The position numbers and the translations under genes were made by a program. From assembly GCF_009914755.1 (NCBI RefSeq), contig NC_060947.1: 64,000 nt of DNA; one strand, 5' to 3'. This DNA is from the human T2T-CHM13v2.0 reference genome, Homo sapiens. Below are positions 46,158 through 61,066 of the stretch, piece by piece (positions within the stretch are counted from its first letter, which is position 1; each line of letters begins with the position of its first letter). The notes under the pieces were generated by a model. That model did no database searches and had not been told where the DNA came from. It worked only from the letters and a program-made list of their open reading frames with translations.

Positions 46158-46514
46158 CAACAACAAACTCTTTACATGCATAAACATAATAAATATGTTA
46201 AAAAAGAGAGGAGAGAAACCTACTGTGTGTACCCCATGCTCTAGATAAATGCCATACAGCTACAACAAAAAGACTTTAAATTGGGGATAACCCAGCTGCC
46301 TGGGTTATCAAAAGATTTTAAGTTGGGGAGGGTAATGCAGTCTCGAAGGCTAGCCTACCAAAGAAAAGAGAAAGGGAATTAGAAATAGGACATGCCTATG
46401 ACAAAGAGGAAGATGGACAAAGTGATCATGGAAGGAGAACAGAAAGAAGAGTAAGAGGAGGGTTCAGATAAAAAAAATCTTCCTTATTCAACAGGATTAA
46501 GAAAGGAGACCAGA

Positions 46515-46803
46515 GCTGGGCATGGTAGCTTACACCTGTAATCCCAGCACTTTGGGAGGCGAAGGCAGGTGGATTGCTTGAGTCCAGAAGTTTGAGACCA
46601 GCCTGGGCAACATGGGAAAACCCCGTCTCTACAAAAAAATACAAAAAATTAGCTGGGCATGGTGGTGCTTGCTTGCAGTCCCAACTACTCGGGAAGTTGA
46701 GGTGAGAGGATCACCTGAGCACGGGAAGTTGAGGCTGCAATGAGCAGTGACCTAATCACTGTACTCCAGCCTGAGTCACTGTCTCACAAAAAAAAAAAAA
46801 AAA
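46515..46803 (+). mobile_element. AluJ
   Basis: Dimer consensus. Confidence 0.88.
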
Positions 46804-47224
46804 GAGAGACCAAAGATTGTTCCATAAAATGAAATGCTTTCTAGGGACTATATAAGGCACTTGGTTTTGGCCTTCCTCATCTTGGTGAATGTCTCTTTCC
46901 AGTTACCAAGACTTCCAGTGCCTAGTTTAGGAATGCTTTGCCATGGATCAGGAGAGAAATTAAAACCCCATCATCCTTGGCCTGTCCCGAGAAGAAAACT
47001 GACCTTTGTACTCAGAATGGAGGCTCTGGGAGCTTAGGGTGGGGCTGACACACTACGCATAACCATTTTTCACTTTACTTGTGAACCATTTCAACGATCC
47101 ACATAGCCCCATAAGAGGCAAGGCTGTTAAAGGGGAGTGCAATCAAGAAGGCCTTCTACTCTTTGAAATTCTCCAAGTGCCATACATTTGGCTGTCTTAA
47201 AACAATGAGCCATCCTTGCTTTTA

Positions 47225-47533
<309 letters not shown>

Positions 47534-47861
47534 CTAAGAACTTTCTTGCTGTCTTAATCTTTTCAAGGCAGGTGACAGCTTTACATAGTAAATAGGTCTT
47601 CATACTCAAAGAGACTAGGTCAGGAGCCACCTTTTTTTTTTTTTTTTTTTGCTTCTTTTAATAGCTAGTGATTTTGAGATGATGGGGTTTCTGGGAGGCA
47701 TTGGGAACCTTTAAGAATTCTGTTAACTTTTAGAACTTTAATACCAGATGGGATCAGATAAATAAATAGTTGTAGGTAGAAGAATTCCCAGAGTAGGTGT
47801 ATTAGTGTTAGGTGCAGGATAAACTATGGTGCCCTTCCAGTAACAGGACATCTGGATGTGA

Positions 47862-48291
<430 letters not shown>

Positions 48292-48634
48292 AGAGAAGAA
48301 GGGTTTTAAGCCAGAAGAGTATTATCAATCCACTTCTAAACTGTCAAGTGGGATTACAGAAGGGATGATCATTGCTATGTACATCAACCATGATATGCCA
48401 GGGCAGAGTGAAGAAGGATATGTAGGGATAGGTGATCAGAACTGGTTTCTGATTCCTGATTCCAGTGAGCATTTCACTTTGTACCCACCAATTAAGTCTT
48501 TCCTAAAGAATTCAAGGACTTTTTCCCCCAGCTCAGGTATTACACTTTGCTATTCTATGCTTACTAAAGGCCAAATTCCGAGATTTAAAAAAGAAAAAAA
48601 AAAACTTCAAGATCACTTAAATAGAAAATGCAAG

Positions 48635-48774
48635 GGGCAGGCATGAGGGCTCATGCCTATAATCCTAACACTTTGGGAGGCGGAGGTGGAAGAATTGCTT
48701 GAGCCCAAGAGTTCAAGACCAGTCTGGGCAACATAGTGAGTGAGATGCTATCTCTTTAAAAAAAAAAAAAAAAA
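48635..48774 (+). mobile_element. FLAM_C
   Basis: Monomer; TSD agaaaatgca. Confidence 0.85.
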
Positions 48775-48824
48775 GAGAGAGAGAGAAAGAAAGAGAAAGA
48801 AAGAAAAGAAAATGCAGTCATGAA

Positions 48825-49000
48825 TTATGTTCTTAAGTCCCAGTTCTGCCACTGATTACAATGTGACCTAAAGTTACTTAAGCTTTCCAAGACTCATCTT
48901 TGAGATGGAGGTAGTAATAACACAAAACTAACTCTTTCAGTTTTTTGTAAAAATTCAACGAGACAGGGTACATAAAGCACACAGTAGGTACTCAATGAAT
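48825..49000 (+). mobile_element. MIR (others at ~50900-51030 and ~60400-60655)
   Basis: gtcccagttctgccactgatt..tgtgacct..aagttacttaagc..agtaggtactcaatgaat. Confidence 0.6.
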
Positions 49001-49883
49001 GGCATCAAATTATTAAAAAGCTAAATGTCATGTATTTCCTCAATAGAGAACTACAGAAAATTAATCTTCTAAGGGGGCTTACTCCCCAGAAAGGTCAAGA
49101 CATCTGCAGAAATATGCAAAAAAGCCAGAGAGGGGAAGTATACTAAAATAAGGATGAAGTCTTAATTAGAGAACATAAGTTGTAACTTTTTGGATACTCA
49201 TGAATGGCTCAAGTTTAAAAGTTACCCCTGAAAAGAAGGAAAAAATGGGGGAACCATACATATAGGATAAATGAGTTGACTACAGTGAGGCATATAAAAC
49301 ATAGCTCCTTCTGTATATGTAGCCCAATTTGTGAATGTGCTTTCTGAGTGAGCTTAATTTGAGTGGGAAGAAATTCAGAAGCAAGCTGATTACTATGAGA
49401 TTCCATACATTCTAGGATCAACTGTAAATGCAAGTCCCATTGAAAGGAAAATGGGGAGAGGAGGATTTGTGGATATAGTACATTTATTTAACCTATGCCA
49501 GGAATTGGCAAACTTTCTGTGAAGGGCCAGACAGTAATATTTCAAACTCTATGGTCCATATGGTTTCTCTCCCAACTACTCAACTCTGCTGTAGCATGAA
49601 AGCTGCCATCGACAATAATGGATGAACACAACTGCGTTTCAACAAAACATTTACAAAAGCAGGAGCTTATGTCACCTATATTTCAGTTCTTCTGATCTTC
49701 TGCAGGAGTGATCCCAGACTGGGTGAGCATATAATCTACATGAATTGTTTTAAGAAGGATATATTATAGAATAAGTTGCAAGCTTTGAAAATGCTGGCCT
49801 GTCACTTATGCTCTGGAAATGGCATCTCTAAGAGCCTCCCTGACAAGAATCAGGGCAAAGTAAGCCTCTCTTTCCCTACTTAC

Positions 49884-50001
49884 CTTAATCACTATGTTAC
49901 CTTAATCACTGAGAGGACCCTCCTTCTTTTGCTGCATGGTCACTCACATGGATGATCTGGTGGACTCTAAAATACTTTTCAAATATCCTTCACAATCCAG
50001 C
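49884..50001 (-). ncRNA. FTX: Probable FTX exon with alternative donors (49948, 49901, 49884)
   Basis: Acceptor TCTTTTCTCTTTTTGTAACTTCTCACTAG|; donors CAT|GTGAGT, AAG|GTAACA, AAG|GTAAGT. Confidence 0.6.
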
Positions 50002-50437
50002 CTAGTGAGAAGTTACAAAAAGAGAAAAGAGTGTTTGCATCATCTATGACCTTCCTGACACTCAGCTTGGTCAGCCTCCATTGCATTGAGCAACTGTGGC
50101 AGGTATTAAAAGGGAGAATGGGAAAAAGGGAGAAAAACACAAGATGTTGCTTAGTTTAACCTAACCATTTTTAAGTGCAATTTTTTACATTATAATGGGA
50201 AAAAACAATTGATATAACACTTATGATACATTATACATTTACTGGTTACTTATCCCTTTGTCTAACTTCACAAGAATGAAAGTTCCATGGTAAGACTTTG
50301 TTAATATCTGCAACAGTCTCTGGCACTTAGTAAGTACTTAATAAGCTAGAAAGCTAGAAAGGGCCAGATCACGACCAGTTTCCCTTCTCTTTTCTACCAC
50401 CAACTGGGGAACCCCACCAAAGCCACTGACAACTTAC

Positions 50438-50592
50438 CAAGGCTTCCCAACTGCCTCACAAGGACATTCATGGCAACCGTAATTCATCCTCGCCCTCTGA
50501 TGAACTTGCTGGGCAGGAAGCATCAGTATGAGTAACAGGCAGATCTTAATGTTGCTCTTGACCAATGACAAGTTTTCTGGCCATCCAGGAAT
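50438..50592 (-). ncRNA. FTX: Probable FTX exon (155 nt), acceptor supplied by MER5A
   Basis: Donor TTG|GTAAGT; acceptor TGCAG| inside a MER5A-like end. Confidence 0.55.
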
Positions 50593-50716
50593 CTGCATGT
50601 TTAACAAGCACCCCAGGTGATTTTATGCATAACAAAACTTCACACTATGGAAATTTCCAACATCAGAGGAGTAAAATCTCAGGAGCTATTACAGAATCTT
50701 TTAGTGTGAAATGAGT

Positions 50717-50818
50717 CCAAGGTGTGTGGATCACTTGAGCCCAGGTGTTCAAGAACAGCCTGGGCAACATAGTAAGACCCCCATCTCTAATTTAAAAAAA
50801 AGAAAAAGAAAAAAAAAT
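50717..50818 (+). mobile_element. Truncated FLAM/Alu monomer
   Basis: ggatcacttgagccc..gggcaacatag. Confidence 0.75.
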
Positions 50819-51206
50819 CTTTTACTGTGAAATAAAAACATTTCTGTCTCACATGGCTTCCTTGGATTTGATAGAACCTAGATGAAGCACTGAGTAGAAG
50901 ACACAGTACTGGCTTGGACTCAAATCCATTTTCTATGCCAACTAGCTATAATCTTGGGCAATTTGTGCCATCTACTGTGGTCTCATATAATCTTGGGCAA
51001 TTTCTAATTCCCCCATCTATAAAAATGGGAGAATAGGGAAAAAAGAGGTTAGACTCTTTATTCTGTAGTACAGCCTGAATATTTTAAGACTTTTTTTTCA
51101 TATCATAATGTGAAAATATCCAGTAATTGCTTAGTGCCTATTAAGCACTCTTACCCTACCCCATCCCACTAACTGGGCAAGCCCACCAAAGCCACTGGCC
51201 ACTTAC

Positions 51207-51353
51207 CAAGACTTCACAATGGTTTGATAACCAGGTGCAGGATGCTGATTTGAGCCTCTCCCAATTCTCTAATAACCTCACTGGAGGTTAACCAGGCAGG
51301 GCTCAATATACCTCTTCAGCAGTAGCATAGTTTCTGATTGAGTGTGGCATCAC
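51207..51353 (-). ncRNA. FTX: FTX internal exon (147 nt)
   Basis: Acceptor GTTTCTTTTCTTCTCCCTGTCCTATAG| and donor TTG|GTAAGT. Confidence 0.8.
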
Positions 51354-52110
51354 CTATAGGACAGGGAGAAGAAAAGAAACAAACGTAAGATGGAACAGTC
51401 AAGGTTTGAGATCCAGCTTTAATTTTATTTTTATACCTTAGTCAAGTTATCCAGCCAGCCACACCATGGATCTCAGATTTTACTCTTGCTAAGCATTCAC
51501 ACTTAGCATCACAATTATATTTTCTGGCAAAGGCAGTTGCAAAGTCTACAATTGTTAGTAAGGATTCCTGCCCTTATTTTAAACGAGAGAACCTGGGTAC
51601 AGAGGTACCAATGACTACACCAAAGTGTTAGTACCCAGATGTGAACTCCAGTGCTTATCTTCATAGTTTCCTTCAAGTTCTTCCCCTCTTTAGACTTCAA
51701 TATCGCTTTGAATAAGTGGGCAAACTTGACCCCTTAGTGGCCCTTCTGTGTCTGGTAGTTAATGAACCTACATTCTTTAGTCCTGATCAAAACAGCCTGC
51801 AAAAGGTGAATGAAACCTTCATCTAGTCATCAGATGGCATCTGGTTTTCACACTGATAGGAAAAGGTTACAAAACTCTGGGCTCTTGGACCAAGACCCTA
51901 TCATTTACAATCTCAACTCCCACCACGACTCACCTTACCTTAAGTGAAAAGGAATTGAACATTATCTGCTCCCTCACCCAGCTGTCTGGGTTATCAATAG
52001 GACCACAAAAAGCTAGGCAGACCAGTGGCTATGCCCCTAACTCCAAGAATCAACCACTGGAGTAACAGGCTCGAGTCATGAGATACAAGCCAAAGACCAT
52101 CAAGGAGTCC

Positions 52111-52404
<294 letters not shown>

Positions 52405-53234
52405 TAGCTGCTTAGCATGAAAAGTAACCCAGAAATCTGGCAATTCAGCAATGGCCCAAAGCCCAGGTTACTGTTATTATTATATGCTGGCAGCACAAGC
52501 CAATACTGCTAAGTGTCCTGTTACTCAGTGAGATGCGGGCAACCCTCAACTCAAACCCCTGGAAGTCCCAAGGAGCAGTTACCCAGGACTCATTTTTAAC
52601 TGTTTTACCTACCACCAGCAAGAAAGTATCTGTCCTCTAATCTACTAGTGACCATGAGACCCAGGCAGAAAGTTCTCCCACCATAGATAGGGAAGATTGG
52701 TGCTGCCTAGCTGAGAGGAGAGGGGAAGCAGGAGCCTTGATAGGTTTGAGCCATCTCTTTATTGGAGCATCTAAGGCCACCATTTACTAGAGCAAGACTT
52801 GCATATTCATAAGCAGCTGCTGCCACTAGCAATTATTGTAGCTTTAAAGCCCAGAGGGACAAGGGCAGAAAAGGAATGTGTAGAGGGCCTAACTGTGAAA
52901 TAAATGAGAAGTGTAAACACTGATCCAGAAAATGCTTGCACTAAGGAGCCAGGAATAGAGGGGTAGGTGGTAGTTAGTGCCTTCCTCTGAAGGCAGTGAT
53001 CTTATTTCCACCATTCCCTTCCCCCCACCCCACCCAGTTCTTTTCCAAACTAAATTTCTCCAGTTTCCAGAACCCCTCACCACCCCCATTTATTCCACTT
53101 CTGTTCAGGTCAACAATTTCAAAATGGAAATAGTTTCAATGTGCCTCTAACTTTGATAGTCATAGATGAACACTGCAAAAAAAAAAACAAAATTCCAGAA
53201 CTATATTAGGCAAAGAATGTAAAAATCAGCCAGA

Positions 53235-53542
<308 letters not shown>

Positions 53543-54615
53543 TTAACACTTGGGGTATGTTCATCCAACAACTTCCATGTACATACACAAACATGAATTC
53601 TTATTTTACAATGATTAGATGAAACTATACTATTGCCCTTTAGCCCTTTTTCAATTAATATACTGTATACTTCTTTCCAAGTCAAATATTTATCTTCAAG
53701 ACTATTTTTATTTTTAATGGCTATGCTGTCCCATTACATGAATACACCAAAATGTATTTAACCAAGTTCCTATTCATGACTAGGTAAGTTTTTCCATTAT
53801 TTACTGTTATGAACACCGTGAATATGCCCATATCTAAATCTTTTTTTAAATAATGTTAAACATATATTTGGGGGTATATCCCTATAAATGAATACAAATC
53901 TTACAGTGTAAGAGATTTGCAAAGATCAGTAAAACACATCTCTACCCTTGAGTTTAAATCAAAGGAGAGAGACACAAACAGGTAACATTTACCATTATCA
54001 TGTCCATGGATAAAGATAAACAAAATTTCATGGTGCTTCCTAATTGAAACTGCAGCTGTTGCTAACAGAAAAGGCTCAAAGAATACTATTAGACAGTAGC
54101 CCAAATTAAAATTCCATTTGCTAGAATTCCAAAGTTATTCTAATGCTAAATATTGCCTCATTGGCATTTCAATATGACATTGTTGTTTCTCCTTTAGCAA
54201 GCCTTAAAGGAGAGAACCAAGCAGAAGCTGCTCAGAAAACCACCTACCCTAAAGGCAGAGAAGTGAGTAAGGTGCAGGGCAGTATATGACACTGGACCTG
54301 GACTTCCATCTTTCCTTCCCCCTACTATTTCCAGTAAACAACAGTGAGCTATAGCCATTTTCTTTCAGAAACAACGTGGATTCTCTCCCTGGGACTCTCA
54401 TTCCTGCACAGATCTGCTTACACATAGTTGGGCTGTGCTGGTATTCATGCTGACTTAGAAGACAAAAATAAGAATGAAAAGAAGCTTTTTCAGCACCATG
54501 ATGGGTCAGATACAGATGACATTAACACAGAAGACAGACAGATTTTTAAAACCTATTCAACAAAGATGAGTTACTGTGATAACACAAACAGTCCTGAATC
54601 TTATAGTAACATTTC

Positions 54616-54932
54616 AGTCACAGGCGCATATACAATGGTGGTCCCATAAGATAATAACACCACGTTTTTACTGTACCTTTTCTATGTTAGATATGTTTGG
54701 ATATACAAATACTTACCACTGTATTCCAAATGCCTACAGTATTCAATACAGCAACATGCTGTACAGGTTTGTAGCCTAGGAGGAATAGGCTATACCATAT
54801 AGCCTAGGTGTGTAGTAAGCTATACCATCTAGGTTTGTATAAGTACACTCCCCTATGATGTTCACACAACAACAAAATGACTTAATGATCCATTACTCAG
54901 AACATATCCTGTCTTTAAGCAACACATGACTG
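54616..54932. mobile_element. Tigger3a/MER7-like DNA transposon
   Basis: CAGTCA..TGACTG termini; gtagcctaggaggaataggctataccatatagcctaggtgtgtag core. Confidence 0.75.
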
Positions 54933-55419
54933 TATAGTTAAATGTTAATTATAAAATCTAGGTGTTGGGTACATGGCTTTTCACCGTACAATTCTTTCAA
55001 CTTTTCTGTATGTATGTTTGACAACTTTCACAATACAATTTTGGGAAAAATCCAGCAAGCAGCTTTAAAAATATGGCTGTAAGACCTTTCCTTCTATTAT
55101 ATTTTATTCCTAGGATGATCCTATCCAACGAGATGAACCTATTCAGTGTTTCCTCCATTTTGTTTTAGATTTAGCTTTCTCAAATATGACTTTGAGCTCT
55201 CCGACTTTTTAATGAAGTGAAATGAATCAACATGTATTCATAGGCAGGTTACCAAGATAGTACATGTAAAGTTGGGGAGGCACAAGGGGAGGGGCTCTAA
55301 GCTCTTGGAAGTCTAGGCTCACTATCTGTATACATCTAAATAAATGAGTATTTCAGACACCCCACTTCTTCATTTAAAAATTAGTGTTAGGGACCCTCTA
55401 AACATTTGCCTCAGCTTAC

Positions 55420-55474
55420 CTTTCTGCCTTATCTCACATTAAGTCCTTATTTCCCATATTCTCATTGCAAAGAA
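55420..55474 (-). ncRNA. Candidate FTX cassette exon (55 nt)
   Basis: Acceptor CCTTGCCCCCTCCTTCCTACACAG| and donor AAG|GTAAGC on the minus strand. Confidence 0.4.
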
Positions 55475-55848
55475 CTGTGTAGGAAGGAGGGGGGCAAGGA
55501 CGAAGGCACCAAAGCATGCTATGTCCACGTGCTTCAAGTTTGAATATAATAAAAGGTATTTCTAGAGTAGAGGTTCAAAGCTTGATGTTGAAGGGCAGGG
55601 TATAACTGACTGACTGCAGGACCCTGGGGGAGGTCTTATAATCTTCTACTTTAAAACATGTCTTAGCTGGCTTATCTGTAAAAGAGGAAAAAGACTTGTC
55701 ACAAGCAATGACAAATGAAGTAAATAAATATGAATTTCTGGTCTGGTGAATGGAATGAGAAATGAAACCATCACTGTCGAGTGATGATCCAGAGTGGGCA
55801 CAGATCTTTTTCTACAAAGGCTTTGTGGGCCACAATGTCTCCAATATA

Positions 55849-55890
55849 TTTAATGGCAAAAACAGCAACTACTTTTGCACCAACCTAATA
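55849..55890. mobile_element. MADE1 (Hsmar1 MITE) half element
   Basis: ttaatggcaaaaacagcaactacttttgcaccaacctaata. Confidence 0.75.
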
Positions 55891-56043
55891 GCTACTTAAT
55901 TGTGCCACTGGGCCGCAAAAGCGGCCCCAAGTAAAACATCGATGAATGAACATGGCTGTGTTCCAATATAGAATGGTATTTACAAAAACAGGTAGCCCAT
56001 GGGCAATAAAGTTTGCCCACCCTTGGTTTAGAATATGGAGTCT

Positions 56044-56345
56044 GGTTGGGTGCAGTGGCTCACACCTGTAATCCCAGCACTCTGGGAGGCTGAGGGAGGT
56101 AGATCGCTTGAGTCCAGGAGTTCAAGAACAGCCTGGGCACCATAACGAGACCCCTTCTCTACGAAAAATACAAACATTAGCCAGGGGTGGTGGCACACAC
56201 CTATAGTCCTAACTCAGAATGCTGAGGTGGAAGATCACCTGAGCCTAGGAGTTCGAGGCTGCAGTGACCCGTGTTCGCACCATTGCACTCCAGCCTGGGC
56301 AACAGAGTGAGAACCTGTCCCTTAAAAAAAAAAAAAAAAAGAAAG
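56044..56345 (+). mobile_element. AluJ
   Basis: Diverged dimer. Confidence 0.88.
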
Positions 56346-56609
56346 AAAAATGCAAAGTCCTATCTAAGAATACTATTTGGATGATTACCTGGGCCCTGAG
56401 GATGAGGCCCCAATCTAACAGTTATCACTCAAGTCCCACCAAGAAAGCAAGTGTCAGCAATAGCAACAGTTGCAACATCTGTAAATATCAAGGACTGAAA
56501 TCCAAACACAAAAATGGCATTGTCTCATGAGAAACTCTTAGGAAGATATATACAGAAATATCAAATTTCTGACCACATGCTTTTTGAAGAAACAGCTGAC
56601 AATCCAGAG

Positions 56610-56715
56610 CCTGTGGAGCTCACTTTAGCAGGCACACAATAAATGTTTGCTGATGAGTCATTCATTTATTCATCTAATAAACATTTACTGAGGCCTACTA
56701 ATGTGCCAGGCTGGG
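56610..56715 (-). ncRNA. MIR545: pre-miR-545 hairpin (5p 56670-56691; 3p 56632-56653)
   Basis: Reverse complement gives UCAGUAAAUGUUUAUUAGAUGA and UCAGCAAACAUUUAUUGUGUGC. Confidence 0.96.
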
Positions 56716-56830
56716 CTCTGGAGATGAAGACACCTTCCTTGCCCTCAAGGAGCTCACAGTCTAACTGATAACAGGAAGAGAGACAGGCATATACACAGAC
56801 AATTACAATACAATCTGATAAGTGCTATAA
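56660..56830 (-). mobile_element. L2 3' end underlying the miRNA cluster
   Basis: attcatttattcat..aaacatttactgaggcctactaatgtgccaggc..ccttgccctcaaggagctcacagtcta..tgataagtgctat follows the L2 3' consensus in reverse. Confidence 0.8.
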
Positions 56831-56863
56831 CACTTATCAGGTTGTATTATAATGGCCGATGTA
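56792..56863 (-). ncRNA. MIR374A: pre-miR-374a hairpin (5p 56831-56852; 3p 56801-56822)
   Basis: Reverse complement gives UUAUAAUACAACCUGAUAAGUG (miR-374a-5p) and CUUAUCAGAUUGUAUUGUAAUU (3p) in a near-perfect stem. Confidence 0.97.
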
Positions 56864-58215
56864 AAATTTCTTCCCAGGGGGTGCTGCTCCAGGCTGCTGC
56901 TGGCTGTAACATCAAGAGAGGTGAGGAACAAATTATAGAAATCAAAGGTTAAATGCTTTTCGGTTATTTCAAATATTCAGGCTTTCCCTAACCCGTGGCC
57001 ATAGACGGAATTGGGAACTAGACACTGGCATGATGTAAAATGGGACTTCCATGCACAGACTTCCAATAAAGGAACTTCTCAATCCCCTCCTCTAAAATAT
57101 GAGCTTTTTTTTTTCCTTTTTGCTTATACTCCTCTTAACCTCCCCACCCTACTACCCACATGAGCCTGGTTTAATATCTACAGCTAGCAAAATGCTGAAA
57201 AATGGGAGCTTACAACTAACTGGATTAACCCAGTGTAACCGGATAGCAAAAAGCAGTAAGTAATAGCTCATTTGGCACTTCTAAATCCAATAATCCTCAT
57301 CCTTCACTGGAAAAAAAAAGTTAGAATGTTATTAAATACAAAATAGATAATATACAGATCAGAGTAGGAATAAGTTAGAAAAGTTTATTTAATAAACATA
57401 ATTAAACAGATTCTCTAAACTAGAAATAACATTCAGTTTCAGGAAACCAGAATTAGACCCCTCCAAGACCTTTGAGAATATCTAATTCACCTATGTATTA
57501 TAAACAAGAAAAATGAAACAGAGAGATAACACACTCTGCCCACTCCCTTTTCAAAATCATGTGAGTGATAGTAACAGACTCCTTGAGGCAAGATTATTAC
57601 TGTAATAGTTATTTGGTTCAGATGGTTTTATACAAAGATAAGATGGCATTTTTCTGTGCCTCATACCTTTCTTAATAATACCTAGGTTTTTACTGGCTTT
57701 TTTGTCTCTGACCAGCAAATAGGGCTGATAACATCAGCAAGTTGTTGACAGTTATACTGAGATCACTGTTTTGGGACCCAATGTCTCTATGAGGCTGTTA
57801 TTTAATAAGCTTAACATACTATTTTCCCCTAAAGTTATTTCACTGCTCTTGCCTATACACTGTTCCTTTCTGCCAATTAGCCCACTCCTGGTGCCTTCTC
57901 ACATGCTAGCGTGTTCCTATTAGCATTTCACATCCCCAAAGCATTTAACAGTATGTATAAATGTGGACACTTCAATATTGCCCATATCCTCCCTCAGACC
58001 ACTCAGAAATATTTAAAATAAGACCAGTCCCTGAATGGATGGGGGAGAAGGGACCGCTGTTTTGTTTCTTGTCTAAATTAGTTTCTCATTAGGGACAAAA
58101 TGTTGCCCTGTCTTCTCCCCATGCCCAGAGCCAGGAAGCACCACTGTTGTACAGTACTCAAAAGTGCTTTCCTTTTAGATAAAAAGAAATGGATTTCTGT
58201 TTAAAGGTCAGACAA

Positions 58216-58345
58216 GGCTGGGTAAGGTGGCTTATGCCTGTAATCCCAGCACTTTGGGAGGCGGAGGCAGAAAGATTGCTTGAGCCCAGGAGTTCGAGAC
58301 CAGCCTGGGCAAGACCTCCACTCTAAAAATAAAAACAAAAATAAG
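58216..58345 (+). mobile_element. FLAM/Alu monomer
   Basis: TSD aggtcagacaa. Confidence 0.8.
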
Positions 58346-58479
58346 ATAGAGGTCAGACAAATGTTATCTCAAAATGGCTACCAAGAACCAGACATGTATC
58401 CACACAGCAGTTATATTTGGAATTGCAAACATTTCTTCAGACTCAATGGCAACAAATATTGCTGGGAGCATATCTGCAA

Positions 58480-60000
58480 CAAACGACATTTGCAACTTAC
58501 AAATAACATTCAGGCACAAATTGAATAATTCACAAAAGGAAATAAGAGCTAGTAATTAAGATCTAAAAGTCCAGCCTCACTAATAATCAGAGAACTGTAT
58601 CACAAAACAAAGATATCGGCCAGGTATGGTGGCTCACCCCTGTAATCCCAGCATTTTGGGAAGCCGGGGTGGGAAAATCACTTGAGCCCAGGAGTTCAAG
58701 ACAAGCCTGAGCAACATGGCAAAACTCCATCTCTACAAAAAAATTTAAAAATTAGCTGGACATGGTGGCACACACCTGTACTCCCGCTACTCAGGAGGCT
58801 GAGGTAGGAGGATCTCTGGAGCCCTGGAAGTTGAGGCTTCAGTGAGCCATGATCACGCCACTGTACTCCAGCCTGGGCGACAGGGGGAGAGCCTGTCTCA
58901 GAAAAAAACAAAAACAAAAAAACCCCACAGAGATATCATTCATTCATTTACATATGGAGTCAGCAAAAAAAAAAAAGCAAAAACATTTTTTATAAGTACC
59001 TAAATGACTGGGTACAAAAACTGACATTAATTTTTTGAAAAGTAAATATGCCAATTCTTTATAATGTTCAAATCTTTTGACAAATAACTAATTCTAGAAG
59101 TCTCTTCGATAAACAACCCAAAATAAATAATAAAAACCAAATGAAAAGATATTCATTACATAATTTAAAATACTGAAAATCTGTAAAATACTTCCATACA
59201 ACAGAACATCATGAAACAATGACAATTACAAAGAATGTTTAACATGGACATGCGCATGTTATAATGTTAAAAACAAAACACAATATAAAATAGTACACAT
59301 ATATTATCAACTGCAAAGAAAAATGCAGAGAATGAAGTGAATAAATGTATTAACAATAGTTATCTCTGGGTGGTAAAATCATGGATGTTTTTTCTCCCAT
59401 GCTTGATAGTTACCCTCAGGCAAAGTTACAATATTTACCAAATTTCTAGACTGAGGGAGCTATTCAAATTTAAACAATAGAATAAAAATCACAAAATAGA
59501 AGATAAATTTGTCAAATAATTTCAAATCTCTACTAGCCAAAAATTTAAAGACAAAAATTAAGAGGCAAACAATAACATGGAGTAGGTATTTATAACATTA
59601 CAAAAGTCTGAATACTAATCTTTATTTACAGAACACAAACAGATAATAATAAACAGTAAACTAAAACTTCAACGCATAAATCAACATAAGATATGAACTA
59701 TCATTACATGAAAGAAAACTGCTGAGATATATATGGAGGAAGAAAATCCAAACTAATAGGCAAACGAAAAATTAATACTGGTTTTTATCCATTAAAAATT
59801 AAAAAACAACAACATTCAGCGCTTGTATGAGTAAAAATTGATACAACCTTTTTAGGAAGAAATTTGGCAATAGATACTGAGAGTTTAAAATGTTCATACC
59901 CTTTGATGTACTAACTCCACTTCCACGAATGTATCCTAAGCAAATAATAAAAATAAAACAAATGTATTTTCAGTCTTTTATTACAAGAAAAAAGACAATA
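58480..60000 (+). mobile_element. Old L1ME fragments
   Basis: gtccagcctcactaataatcaga..aaatgttcataccctttga..tagttatctctgggtggtaaaatcatgg. Confidence 0.5.
58618..58922 (+). mobile_element. AluJ
   Basis: Dimer; TSD agatatc. Confidence 0.88.
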
Positions 60001-60679
60001 ACCTTTCCATCACTATTGTATATTTAGATCAACACGAAATACTAATAATGGGTTAAAAAAAAAACTACTGCAGCAAATGACTGGTTAGATGTCTCAAAGC
60101 ATTAGATCAGACAGAAAATCAGGCAAAACAAGAAGGGTGTGTCCAGCCTGCCGCAGTCGGCCATTTTAGACCCTCTGCAGAACAAAAAGCACAGAAAACA
60201 AGGGTAGTTAAGGATAGCCACCCCACTAGGCACCAAATCAACAATTCTTTATCTTTTGTCTCCTAGGTATGTAACCCTGTAGTCTGCACAGTCAGAAACA
60301 GAAAACAGGTCTTCTTTCTCAAATGGTTTTGGTTAGTTACAAACAAATTTTGAAATCATAAAAGAAGGTTCCTTTAAATTCGCCCCCTCTTTTTAGGGAA
60401 TAAAGCATAATGCTTAAAAGCACATGCTTCTGGAGCCATCCCACCTGGATAAAAACCCAGTCTCAGCCATTCAACTGGCTGTAAAGCCTTGAACAAATTA
60501 GTCTCGTGTCCCTCAAATTTCTCATTTGTATAAACTTAATAACAGTACTGTGTTTCGTAAGATTGTCGAGAGTACCAAATGAGTTACGGCCTATGTAAAA
60601 GCACGCAGACCAGAACCTCGAACGTAGTAAGTGCTACTGACGTTTAATCATTATTACAGATAGAGAAATAGGCCCAGCA

Positions 60680-61066
<387 letters not shown>

